A stretch of DNA of 62,738 nt, the filler included, from Nanobdellota archaeon (lineage in GTDB: Archaea > Nanobdellota > Nanobdellia > Woesearchaeales > CAZZGN01), in assembly GCA_051819665.1 (NCBI GenBank). It is 8 parts of 8 records of this genome, joined end to end, with 100 filler letters (N's around TTAATTAATTAA, not from the genome) between each part and the next. Parts side by side here need not be neighbours in the genome. Positions count along the whole stretch, not along the records: positions 8,754 to 17,150 come from JBNJDG010000041.1; positions 17,251 to 25,302 come from JBNJDG010000042.1; 6 more parts are not named here. One strand, written 5' to 3'. Each line of letters starts with the position of its first letter. Position 1 is the first letter of the stretch. Shown piece by piece: positions 9,633 to 18,676 of this stretch. Made by a program: the position numbers and the translations under genes. The notes beneath the pieces are model-generated. The model made no database searches, was not told where the DNA came from, and saw nothing but the letters and a program-made list of their open reading frames with translations.

Positions 9633-10544
9633 ATGACTCCAGGTGATAAGATGATCGTTCCCCTTGATGTACCTGAAGACATGAAAAAGGAATATACTGA
9701 TAATTATAATGAGCTTACACATTATACGGGCAGGCTTATGCTTTTTGCGGATGATCAGAGGATCGAGCATCTGAATTCGGATTTCCACGGTGAGCATATA
9801 AGCGAGGATGACGAGGATCCTGAACATCCTTTCAGAGTTGCCGGAAAGGCGAAGATTGGGGCAATGGCCGCTCAACTTGGTCTTATCTCAAGATACGGCA
9901 TGGATCACAAGGAAGTCCCTTACCTTGTGAAGCTGAATTCTAAGACCAACCTGATCAATAAGAACATAAGGGATCCTTTCAGCTCAACCTTAGTTGATGT
10001 TGAGCAGGTATATGAGTTCAAGAAGAGGACAGGCCTGAACATTTTAGGAGTAGGTTATACGCTCTACCTTGGTAGTGAGTATGAGCCTGCCATGCTGAGG
10101 GAGGCTTCGCAGATGATCCTCTCTGCTCACAGGCACGGCCTTGTTACTGTGTTATGGATATATCCTCGTGGTAAGGCAGTGAAGGCCGAGAAGGACCCTG
10201 ACATAATAGCCGGAGCTACGGGTGTTGCCGGATGTCTTGGCAGTGACTTTGTCAAGGTGAATTACCCTGAGAAGAAAGGGAAGAAATCAAAGGATGTATT
10301 CGGACAGGCAGTGAAGGCTGCCGGGAGGACAGGTGTCATATGCGCCGGAGGTTCTTCTACCTCACCAGCAAGGTTCCTCGAGAGGCTGAAGGAACAGATG
10401 GATGCCGGAGCGAGCGGTAATGCGACGGGAAGGAATATCCATCAGAAGAGTGATGAGGAAGCTGTGAGGTTCTGCAATGCGATATATGCGATAACTGTCG
10501 AGGGGAAGACAGTGGAGGAAGCTTATGCGATCTATAAAGGTTAG
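9633..10544 (+). CDS. fbaB: Class I (DhnA/FbaB-type) fructose-bisphosphate aldolase
   Basis: ADDQRIEH, LVKLNSKT, LWIYPRG, Schiff-base lysine in DFVKVNYP, AGGS, GRNIHQ. Confidence 0.9.
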   Translation: MTPGDKMIVPLDVPEDMKKEYTDNYNELTHYTGRLMLFADDQRIEHLNSDFHGEHISEDDEDPEHPFRVAGKAKIGAMAAQLGLISRYGMDHKEVPYLVKLNSKTNLINKNIRDPFSSTLVDVEQVYEFKKRTGLNILGVGYTLYLGSEYEPAMLREASQMILSAHRHGLVTVLWIYPRGKAVKAEKDPDIIAGATGVAGCLGSDFVKVNYPEKKGKKSKDVFGQAVKAAGRTGVICAGGSSTSPARFLERLKEQMDAGASGNATGRNIHQKSDEEAVRFCNAIYAITVEGKTVEEAYAIYKG

Positions 10545-10935
10545 TCTGTTGGTTTTTGTGATGCTCCTGGCTCTGCCCTTTACTTCAGGTTTCTGTGAAG
10601 ACCTTGAAGGTTACGGCGGAGTCGAGGTGCCGGGATTTATACCTTACAAGAACGAGGTCGTCGATGTATATCTCAATGATACCTTCGTTGCCCAGTCAGA
10701 GATAAATAACAGGGAAGTGGGCAATATCTCCTGTGAGAGCGAGAAAGAATCAACTCTTGACGTTCAGGTTAAGAACGCTTCAGTGATCGAGGATATCGCT
10801 GTTTCCGATTCTCCTTTAAGTGCTCTTGAGAAGGAGATAGGAGATGGTATAAAACTCGAGCCTAAGACGAGAAGCACTAAGATAAGGAATTTCCTTTTTA
10901 AGGTGGAGATGAAGGTAGCTTCCTGGTTCATCTAA
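10525..10935 (+). CDS. Hypothetical exported protein
   Basis: N-terminal signal-peptide-like hydrophobic stretch; overlaps the aldolase stop. Confidence 0.65.
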   Translation: MRSIKVSLLVFVMLLALPFTSGFCEDLEGYGGVEVPGFIPYKNEVVDVYLNDTFVAQSEINNREVGNISCESEKESTLDVQVKNASVIEDIAVSDSPLSALEKEIGDGIKLEPKTRSTKIRNFLFKVEMKVASWFI

Positions 10936-11405
10936 TCGAATTTATGATTAGAGAAGTTGAAATAATCCTCTACCTTTACATTTCCCTGATTTGAGTCTTT
11001 ATTTGAGCTACTGTTTTGTTGTTTTTCCTGGCTCTCCTGCTGCTGATTATCCTGAGCAGGCTCATCGCCGAAAGTGACCCTCGCTTTGTTCATCTTTGAT
11101 TTTATGTCCTCTACTTCGTTCCTGAGCTGGGTCATGTTCCTGTTATGATCCACATTGCTCGAGGTTTTCTCCTCGATCTTCTTATCCAGCTCGTTGATCT
11201 TCTCTTCGATCTTTTTCAGGACATTGTTCTGGAGGTAATCCACTTTCCTCTTAAGGAGCATCATCTCCTGGGGCTCTTCTTTCTGCTCTTCCTGTTTCTC
11301 TCTGGGCTTATTATCTGTCTCTTTCTTCTTATTATCCGACATTATGCTTTCCTTGTCAATGCCCATGTTCCTGAACTGTTTATTGAATTCGTTTCTGTCT
11401 ACCAT
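10932..11405 (-). CDS. Hypothetical coiled-coil protein
   Basis: Q/E/K-rich ORF with a TATA-like TTTATAAA upstream on the minus strand. Confidence 0.7.
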   Translation of the reverse strand: MVDRNEFNKQFRNMGIDKESIMSDNKKKETDNKPREKQEEQKEEPQEMMLLKRKVDYLQNNVLKKIEEKINELDKKIEEKTSSNVDHNRNMTQLRNEVEDIKSKMNKARVTFGDEPAQDNQQQESQEKQQNSSSNKDSNQGNVKVEDYFNFSNHKFD

Positions 11406-11498
11406 CTTGTCTTGCTTTCGAGAATTGTCTCTTTATAAATTTAATTATTCCTGAACAGACAGAAACAGTTTTATATCCGTTTTACTCATATAGTAGAT

Positions 11499-12125
11499 AT
11501 GGACTGGCTGGATGATGAGATCAGGGGAGCCGGAAGGGATCCCGGAGAGGTAACTGTGCTTGCGGTATCCAAGAAGAGGAGCCTTGATGAAGTAAGATCT
11601 GTAGTGCACGGAGGTATTGAAGCGGTAGGAGAGAGCAGGATCGATGAGGCTTACGATAAGCTCCCTCTGCTTTCAGGCATTAAGAAACATATGATCGGAC
11701 ATCTGCAGAGGAATAAGGTAAAGGATGCCCTTGAGCTTTTTGATGTCATAGAGAGCGTTGACTCACTGAAGCTTGCCCGTGAGATTGACAGGAAAGCGAG
11801 GATGAAGGGCATTGTTGCAGAGGTGTATTTCCAGATCAATATAGGGGAGGAGGACTCGAAGTATGGTGTCGGTCTTTCTGAAGCACAGGAGTTCTATTCG
11901 AAACTGCTTAGTCTTACTAATCTGAAAGTGACAGGCATCATGTGTATAGCTCCTTACCTTGAACCTGAAGGGACGAGGCCTTATTTCAGGAGGATGAAAG
12001 AGCTTTTTGATACTCTGCCTGTAAAGAACCTCTCGATGGGCATGAGCAATGATTATAGGGTTGCTTTAGAGGAAGGCTCTACCGAGATCAGGCTTGGAAG
12101 GAAGCTCTTCGGTGAAAGAAGATAA
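11499..12125 (+). CDS. yggS: PLP homeostasis protein (YggS/PLPBP)
   Basis: LAVSKK, HMIGHLQRNKV, SVDSLKLA, LSMGMSNDY, EGSTEIRLG. Confidence 0.95.
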   Translation: MDWLDDEIRGAGRDPGEVTVLAVSKKRSLDEVRSVVHGGIEAVGESRIDEAYDKLPLLSGIKKHMIGHLQRNKVKDALELFDVIESVDSLKLAREIDRKARMKGIVAEVYFQINIGEEDSKYGVGLSEAQEFYSKLLSLTNLKVTGIMCIAPYLEPEGTRPYFRRMKELFDTLPVKNLSMGMSNDYRVALEEGSTEIRLGRKLFGERR

Positions 12126-12126
12126 T

Positions 12127-12942
12127 ATGGATGGTCTTAAATTGACGGAAAGGCTTACTGTCCGGGACGAGGATAATATATCGAAGTATTTCAATGAGGT
12201 TAGGAATTATCCTCTCCTGAATCCTGATGAAGAGACCGATCTTGGCTGGAGAGCGAGGCATGGCGATGAAAGAGCGAGGGAGAAGCTGGTCCTTTCCAAT
12301 CTAAGATTTGTCATTTCTGTAGCTAAGCAATATAAGAGGAAAGGTATATCTTTTGCAGACCTTATCAATGAGGGGAATATTGGTCTTATCAAGGCTGCGG
12401 AAAGGTATGATGAGACAAAGGGTTTCAGGTTCATAAGCTATGCGGTCTGGTGGATAAGGCAGACGATGACCCAGTATATTGAGAGGGACACAAGGACCAT
12501 AAGAAGGCCTGTGAATATTGGGAGGAGAGTAAGGGAGCATAATAAGGAAAGGGAGAGGATGAGCCAGCATTATCAGTCTGAGGTGCCGGAAGATATTGTT
12601 TCAGCTGATTATGAGTTGAGGACAAGGTCGATTGATGAACAGATGGGTGATTCGGAAAAGACCTTCGGTGATTATCTTGAGGACCGGACTTTCGGTGACC
12701 CGGAGAGCAGGTTTAAGCATCAGTCTCTCAAAGAGTCGCTTAACTTCGCCCTGGATAAGCTCTCGGAGAAGAATGAGAAGTTAGCTTATGCTGTAAGGAA
12801 TTTTTATGGTATAGGCACTGAGAAATTGTCAAAGGATTCTATTGCTGAAGACCTCGGTATGAGCAGTGAGAGGGTGAGGCAGTATTTGAAGAAGGGAGAG
12901 AGGTTCCTTAAGGGTTTTGATGGCCTGAGAGAATATCTGTGA
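12127..12942 (+). CDS. RNA polymerase sigma-70 family factor, RpoD/SigA-like (copy 1)
   Basis: Region 1.2 NISKYFNEV; region 2 NLRFVISVAKQY...DLINEGNIGLIKAAERYDETKGFRFISYAVWWIRQ; region 4 HTH IAEDLGMSSERVRQ; ATG 1 nt after the yggS stop. Confidence 0.93.
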   Translation: MDGLKLTERLTVRDEDNISKYFNEVRNYPLLNPDEETDLGWRARHGDERAREKLVLSNLRFVISVAKQYKRKGISFADLINEGNIGLIKAAERYDETKGFRFISYAVWWIRQTMTQYIERDTRTIRRPVNIGRRVREHNKERERMSQHYQSEVPEDIVSADYELRTRSIDEQMGDSEKTFGDYLEDRTFGDPESRFKHQSLKESLNFALDKLSEKNEKLAYAVRNFYGIGTEKLSKDSIAEDLGMSSERVRQYLKKGERFLKGFDGLREYL

Positions 12943-12983
12943 AGTAGAAACTTTTTTAAACCAGAATCATATTCTTCCAGTGT

Positions 12984-14063
12984 ATGTTGTCTGTTGTCAT
13001 CCCTACGTTCAATGAACGGGAAGTTATCCTTGAGACTGTTTCTAAGCTCCACAGGGCTCTTAAGAACATTGGCAGTTATGAGATCATAGTCGTGGATGAC
13101 GATTCTCCTGATAAGACATGGAAGCTGGTCAGGGATAAGGCCAAGGAAGATCCCCGTCTCCGTCTGATACACAGGAAGAAGGATAAAGGGTTGAGCAGAG
13201 CTGTAGTAGAGGGCTTTTCCAGAGCGAAAGGTGAATACCTCCTCGTTATGGATGCTGACGGCCAGCACGATGAGACAAGGATCCCGGAGATGCTTTCTGT
13301 GGCGGAGCATGCTGATATAGTGGCCGGCAGTCGTTTTGCGAAAGGAGGAGGGGTCAGCGGCTGGTCAAAGAGCCGCCTTCTTATAAGCAGGACCTTCTCT
13401 ATGCTGTCAAGGCCCTTTATCAGGACAGGGATTACTGATCCCCTCTCCGGATTCTTCCTTGTGAAGAGGACTTTGTTCGAAAAGGTGAAGGACGAACTTG
13501 ACCTTCGCGGGTATAAGATCCTTCTCGCGATTATCTTTGCCGGTCAGAATAAGAAAAGTTTGAAGGTAAAGGAAGTCCCTTATGTATTCAGGCCCAGGGA
13601 ATTGGGCGAGAGCAAGGCGGATTACAGGGTGGCTGTTGACCTTATCTTCATGCTCGGGAAACAGGCGCTCAGGGCAAACAGGAAGTTCATCAAGTTCGCG
13701 CTGGTCGGGGCTTCCGGCACTTTAGTCAATTTCGGTCTTCTGATAGGGCTTACAGAATTGGCCGGGCTTTATTATCTCCTGTCTTCTGTGATTGCTGTGG
13801 AAGCTTCTATAATCTCTAATTTCCTCCTTAACAATTTCTGGACGTGGCGCAGCGGTAAGCATCGCAACAGATTCATGGTCAGGCTCTTCCGTTTCAATCT
13901 TGTCTCTTTGATTGCTCTATTATTGAATGTCTCCGTCCTGTTCTTCCTGACAGAGTACCTGAGTATGTGGTATGTGCTCGCTAATGTATTCGGGATACTT
14001 GCGGGCATGATCGTCAATTTCACAATAAACGACAGATGGACTTTCAGGAAAAATGATGCCTAA
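12984..14063 (+). CDS. GT2 polyprenol-phosphate glycosyltransferase (DPM1-like) fused to a GtrA domain
   Basis: SVVIPTFNE, VVDDDSPD, MDADGQH, GSRF, DPLSGFF, GESK; C-terminal four-TM GtrA domain (FIKFALVG...NDRWTF). Confidence 0.92.
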   Translation: MLSVVIPTFNEREVILETVSKLHRALKNIGSYEIIVVDDDSPDKTWKLVRDKAKEDPRLRLIHRKKDKGLSRAVVEGFSRAKGEYLLVMDADGQHDETRIPEMLSVAEHADIVAGSRFAKGGGVSGWSKSRLLISRTFSMLSRPFIRTGITDPLSGFFLVKRTLFEKVKDELDLRGYKILLAIIFAGQNKKSLKVKEVPYVFRPRELGESKADYRVAVDLIFMLGKQALRANRKFIKFALVGASGTLVNFGLLIGLTELAGLYYLLSSVIAVEASIISNFLLNNFWTWRSGKHRNRFMVRLFRFNLVSLIALLLNVSVLFFLTEYLSMWYVLANVFGILAGMIVNFTINDRWTFRKNDA

Positions 14064-15495
14064 AAATACAGATCCGGTAAGATTTTTACGTAAGAACCGC
14101 CGTCTCTTTGGCTTCTTGTTCATCCTGGCCGTGTTCGTGGTTGTGCTGAGCCTCCTTGCACAGGAATCCTCTTTCCTAAACTGGGATGAGCCTGTCTACC
14201 TTAGTAATGCGCGCTCTCATATCGATGATTCAAACTATACAGAGGATTTCAGGTTTCCCCTGCTCGAGTTTGTCATTGCAGGTATATGGTCTTTGTTCGG
14301 GGAGTCGGTTGCTCTCGCCAAGGCGGTCATGGTCTTGTTCTCCTCTCTCTCAGTCTATGCTATGTATCTTGTTTCGAAGGAGCTTTTTGATGATTCTCTT
14401 CCTGTACTGCTCTCCACTTTCCTTTTCTCGTTCTCTTCTGTGATGTTCATCTGGGGTTTCAGGATCTATACAGACATACCCGCTCTGGGGATGATGCTCT
14501 TCTCCTTGTATTTTTTCTTCAGGGGCCAGAGATCTTCAGGTTTGATGCCTGTATTCTTCTCAGGCGGTTTTGCGACACTGGCTTTCCTGTTCAGGTTCCC
14601 CGTCGCTTTATTTGTGCTGCCTCTCATCGTTTATTATCTCTATAAGAAGCATTTCAGGAGGTTGTTTTTCTTTTGCGCGGGAGCTTTCTCTTTCGCCCTT
14701 CCCTGGCTGGTCTATAATCTCGTGAATTATGGTAATCCTCTCTGGGACCTTTTTGCGCAGGGTTCGGCGGTGGCTGAGTATACGAGCTTCCAGTCCCCTT
14801 ATGTCCTTCTTTCAGAAGTTGTTTCCCAATTCTCGTTCGGTCTGCTTTTCATCCTAGCTGCTTTTTTCGCTTTCAGGCATGGCTGCAAACGTAAAGAGTA
14901 TTTCATGATGCTCTCTTTCCTGCTTATTCTGGAGTTCCTGCTTTACCTTTTCGTCGTAAAGCTTAAGCTGACACGGTATGTCCTTGTCCTTCTCCCTCTT
15001 ATAGTACTTCTTGAGGTGAAGGGTCTTGATTACCTCCGTTTCAGGCTGCGTGGGCTTAGTGGGGTGTTGTATAATTCTGCCATGGTTATCCTGTTGCTTT
15101 TATTGCTCGTACCTCTCTATCTCTCATCGGTTTCCTCATTGGCTTATGTTCAGGAGAAGATCGATTGTGAGAATGACGGGGCAATGGCCCGGTCGGTTGA
15201 TTATATCAGGAGAACGGTGCCTTCAGATAAGGTTGTCCTGTCAAATTTCTGGCCGTGGTTCGGGTATTATGGTAATCATAATGTTTCCAGTTTCTGGTTG
15301 TCGCCTGAGGTGCTTTTCACTGATGAAAACCTTTATTTTGAGAAGATAGACCCGGATAAGATCGTTATCTGTGATGATTACGGTCTTGAGGGTGAATATG
15401 ATTCTCTTGAGGAATATAGTGAGTTTGTTGACCCGGAGAAGGTCTTTGAGGACGACTGCGGGAAGACAGTAACTGTTTATGATGTCTCTTCATAG
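14053..15495 (+). CDS. GT-C fold membrane glycosyltransferase (PMT/ArnT-like)
   Basis: WDEPVY loop motif, many TM helices, C-terminal soluble domain. Confidence 0.8.
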   Translation: MMPKNTDPVRFLRKNRRLFGFLFILAVFVVVLSLLAQESSFLNWDEPVYLSNARSHIDDSNYTEDFRFPLLEFVIAGIWSLFGESVALAKAVMVLFSSLSVYAMYLVSKELFDDSLPVLLSTFLFSFSSVMFIWGFRIYTDIPALGMMLFSLYFFFRGQRSSGLMPVFFSGGFATLAFLFRFPVALFVLPLIVYYLYKKHFRRLFFFCAGAFSFALPWLVYNLVNYGNPLWDLFAQGSAVAEYTSFQSPYVLLSEVVSQFSFGLLFILAAFFAFRHGCKRKEYFMMLSFLLILEFLLYLFVVKLKLTRYVLVLLPLIVLLEVKGLDYLRFRLRGLSGVLYNSAMVILLLLLLVPLYLSSVSSLAYVQEKIDCENDGAMARSVDYIRRTVPSDKVVLSNFWPWFGYYGNHNVSSFWLSPEVLFTDENLYFEKIDPDKIVICDDYGLEGEYDSLEEYSEFVDPEKVFEDDCGKTVTVYDVSS

Positions 15496-15546
15496 TCTCT
15501 TTTATGAACAGTTAATTATTTATTCTTTGCTTAATACCCAGGCAGT

Positions 15547-16350
15547 ATGAGGTCTTTGAATATAACTAATAAGATCACTAAACGTGATGAGGATTCTATC
15601 AATAAATTCTTCAGGGATATTGAAGGATATGAGATGCTGTCTCCTGAAGAAGAGACCGGCCTTGCCAGGAGAGCGAGGGAAGGTGAGAGAGAAGCCAGGG
15701 ATAAGCTGGTCCTTCATAATCAGAGGTTCGTGGTTTCAGTGGCCAAGCAGTACGAGGACAAGAATTCTTCACTGCCTGATCTTATCAATGAGGGTAATAA
15801 AGGCCTGATCAAGGCTGCAGAGAAGTATGATGAGAGAAAGGGTTTCAAGTTCATAACCTATGCGGTCTGGTGGATAAGACAGTCGATGATCAGATACAAG
15901 GCAGATTCTTCTCCTTTAATAAGGCTTCCCTATAAGAAGGCTCAGGACAGTATAAGCAACAGGAAAGAAAATGAGGAGAACTCTCAGAAATACCAGATGG
16001 ATATGTCAGAGCGTTTCAGGTATGATTATAGTATAAAATCTCTTGATGACAGGCTTCCCGGTTCAGAGAATCCCTATATGGCTCTTGTTGAGAACAGGAA
16101 TGCAGAGTCACCGGATGAGGGGCTTAACAGGGAATTTCTTAAAGGGGCGATTGAGAAATGCCTCAGCGGGCTTCCGGCGAGGACTGCAGACATAATTAAA
16201 CAACATTATGGTATGGAGGGACATCCGAAATCGTTTTCTACTATAGGTTTTGAGAAGAACATGACAAGGGAGAGGATACGCCAGCTCCATAATGACGGTA
16301 TGATGAAGCTGAAGAGAAGATACGGTAATATCCTGGGATCTTACCTCTGA
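15547..16350 (+). CDS. RNA polymerase sigma-70 family factor, RpoD/SigA-like (copy 2)
   Basis: N-terminus MRSLNITNKITKRD; RFVVSVAKQY...LPDLINEGNKGLIKAAEKYDERKGFKFITYAVWWIRQ; region 4 NMTRERIRQ. Confidence 0.93.
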   Translation: MRSLNITNKITKRDEDSINKFFRDIEGYEMLSPEEETGLARRAREGEREARDKLVLHNQRFVVSVAKQYEDKNSSLPDLINEGNKGLIKAAEKYDERKGFKFITYAVWWIRQSMIRYKADSSPLIRLPYKKAQDSISNRKENEENSQKYQMDMSERFRYDYSIKSLDDRLPGSENPYMALVENRNAESPDEGLNREFLKGAIEKCLSGLPARTADIIKQHYGMEGHPKSFSTIGFEKNMTRERIRQLHNDGMMKLKRRYGNILGSYL

Positions 16351-16838
16351 AGAGCGTCATAGAAAGCTTCGTATCTCTTTATCCTGTTCTCCAGCTTTTT
16401 CTCTAGTTTAGGCAGGGACAGCAGGCCGGCCAGGCGGCCGGTGAGAGTGCCCATGGCTGTAAAGGTTCCTATGCCAAGGTATTTGTACACATTATCCATA
16501 GTGGTCATCTGCCCTTCCATATCATTGGCAAGCTCGTTGAAAAAATAATATCCTATGGCAGCACCTGCGATTGTTCCGGCGATGCATGCGTAATCGACCA
16601 TCTTTCCCTTCAGTTTCTCCTTTTTCCTTGTCTCTGAGATCATCTTTTCAGTGATGTCTTTCAGGTTCTCTCTTGTCCTTTCGTCTTCGGCATAGATATT
16701 CAGTCTTTTCAGATTGTCTGCAGATTTGGTGGCCTTGTTTATCGCTTTCCTGTAATGCTTCTCTTTATCACTGGATCCCGCTCTGATTATATAATTTCCT
16801 TCGTTTTTCTTTTTTATGGCTATGGAATTCTCTTCCAT
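16341..16838 (-). CDS. Hypothetical membrane protein
   Basis: Two Gly/Ala-rich hydrophobic segments; TATA-like sequence upstream. Confidence 0.65.
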   Translation of the reverse strand: MEENSIAIKKKNEGNYIIRAGSSDKEKHYRKAINKATKSADNLKRLNIYAEDERTRENLKDITEKMISETRKKEKLKGKMVDYACIAGTIAGAAIGYYFFNELANDMEGQMTTMDNVYKYLGIGTFTAMGTLTGRLAGLLSLPKLEKKLENRIKRYEAFYDALQR

Positions 16839-17098
16839 GGTGGGATTTTTGTAGGGATATATTTTTATAAAATTTTTGTTCTGATAAAGTGGTGAATTAT
16901 GATTTATATATTTAAATGGTTATTTTTTGATATGATTAATATGGATTAACAAAGGGGAAGATTTATATAATATCTTTATTTACCCTGTTAATAACATCTT
17001 AAGTTGGGGGGCATAAATGGTAAAGAGCATACACTTCACAGGATCGGTTTCTATGTGCTCCTATTTCAAACAAAAACAAAAAGGTGGGGGTATAAACT

Positions 17099-17150
17099 AT
17101 GAAAAAAATAACTAGTCTGATAATTATTTCGATCGTCTTTGCGATGATGA
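17099..17150 (+). CDS. 5' fragment of an exported protein, truncated by contig end
   Basis: GGTGGGGG SD, then MKKITSLIIISIVFAMM signal-peptide-like start. Confidence 0.55.
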
Positions 17151-17250
17151 NNNNNNNNNNNNNNNNNNNNNNNNNNNNNNNNNNNNNNNNNNNNTTAATT
17201 AATTAANNNNNNNNNNNNNNNNNNNNNNNNNNNNNNNNNNNNNNNNNNNN
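17151..17250. other. Artificial contig spacer
   Basis: N/TTAATTAATTAA/N. Confidence 0.99.
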
Positions 17251-17652
17251 CTTCAGGTCCTTATTGTTCACAAGGCCTCTGATGAGGTCCTCATGGCTCG
17301 GAGGCATGAAATCACTTTCACAGTCTGGATGGGCATCGAGCATTATCAATCCCGAATGTTTGCTTTTTTCGGAGAAAGCTTTCACACATGGATATGTTAT
17401 AGAATGATCTCCTCCGAGGATGATGCATCTCTCATTCTCTTTTATCTTTTCATATATGTTCCTGTTCGTCTTCTCAAAATCATCTTCAGCTATCTCCACA
17501 GAATCCTGACTGAATTGTGTATTCTCGCCGTCTTCTGTAAGGAATAATGATCCGAGCTCTTCTATTATCTTATCAGGTGCTTTACTGCACCCTGTGTTCT
17601 TGTTCATGTTTCCCGCTTCCTGGGGTATGCTGATAAGCTTTGTCTTTGCCAT
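17251..17652 (-). CDS. Arginase/agmatinase (ureohydrolase) family protein, 3'-truncated
   Basis: LGGDHSITY and LDAHPD metal motifs. Confidence 0.9.
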
Positions 17653-17653
17653 A

Positions 17654-18676
17654 TTATTCGATAACTTCTTCTATCTTCCCGAGGTCGCAGAAATTCGACC
17701 TGAAATTATAAGCGCCTGCGTTTATGAAGGTTATGGTGTCCCCTTCCTTCGGATTCTTGAGATAGACCCTGTACCTGAACAGGTCAGTAGAGCACGGCGT
17801 TATACCTTTTATCACATAAGGTTCTCCTTTCTCCTTGTTCAGTTCTCCCTCAACTTTAAGTTTTATGGGAACGATCAACGCGTCCATATCGGAATTATAG
17901 ACTGATGCATCAATTATGATGTTATTATCGTATATCCTCAGGATATTTGTCTCAAGCTTCACCGATGGAGCAGAGATGTATCTCCCCGGCTCGATGATCA
18001 TCTTTATGTCCCTCTCATCAAGCCATTCTTTGAATTTCTTTATCTTAGGGAAGATAGAGCCTATGACTTTCATGTTGGTGTTCTTGTACTCTGATGGAAG
18101 TCCTCCTCCGATGTCCATATAATCGATCTTCTCCAGGGTGTCCTCATCAAGGGTATGCTCGAGCTCGAATTTCAGGTTCCACTCGCTCATGTTCTGGGTC
18201 TTCCGGTGGAAATGTATCCCCAGTTTTTCCACCAAGGGCTTCATCTCTCTCACTTTCTCTTTTATCATATCCGATTCCATGCCGAAGACGAAATGCCTTT
18301 CTGTCCTCAAAGTATTCTCCTTGAGCTTCATCCTTAGCAGGAGGTTTATCCTGACACCCTTCTCCTGTATGTATCTTTTCAGTATCTCGAGATCTACGGT
18401 ATTATCAACGGCGAAGAACCTTATACCCATGTTGATGAGCCTTTCGATGCTGTTCTCATCCCATCCTTGTGCGAGGAATATGACTCTGCTCTTGTCCTTT
18501 ATATGTTTCAGCTCGTTCTCCAGGTGAACGCTGAAGAAACAGTCAGTCTCATCATGGAGTATCCTTGTTATTGTCTGGTTGGTCTTCGAACTATAGGAGA
18601 TGAAATCAGTGAGCTCTTTAAGCTTATTGTACCTTTCCACAGCCTTCTCCCTGCTGATTATGAACCTAGCCATCAA
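17654..18676 (-). CDS. Alanine-racemase-fold (group IV) Orn/Arg/DAP-type decarboxylase
   Basis: YSSKTN PLP lysine, HFH, DIGGGLP, IEPGRY, GITPCSTD, AGAY. Confidence 0.88.
   Translation of the reverse strand: MMARFIISREKAVERYNKLKELTDFISYSSKTNQTITRILHDETDCFFSVHLENELKHIKDKSRVIFLAQGWDENSIERLINMGIRFFAVDNTVDLEILKRYIQEKGVRINLLLRMKLKENTLRTERHFVFGMESDMIKEKVREMKPLVEKLGIHFHRKTQNMSEWNLKFELEHTLDEDTLEKIDYMDIGGGLPSEYKNTNMKVIGSIFPKIKKFKEWLDERDIKMIIEPGRYISAPSVKLETNILRIYDNNIIIDASVYNSDMDALIVPIKLKVEGELNKEKGEPYVIKGITPCSTDLFRYRVYLKNPKEGDTITFINAGAYNFRSNFCDLGKIEEVIE

Noticed and set aside
17017..17115. Short upstream ORF/hairpin as leader peptide or riboswitch
   Set aside because: Only a weak GAGCATA...TGTGCTC stem; the downstream gene is truncated, so it cannot be supported
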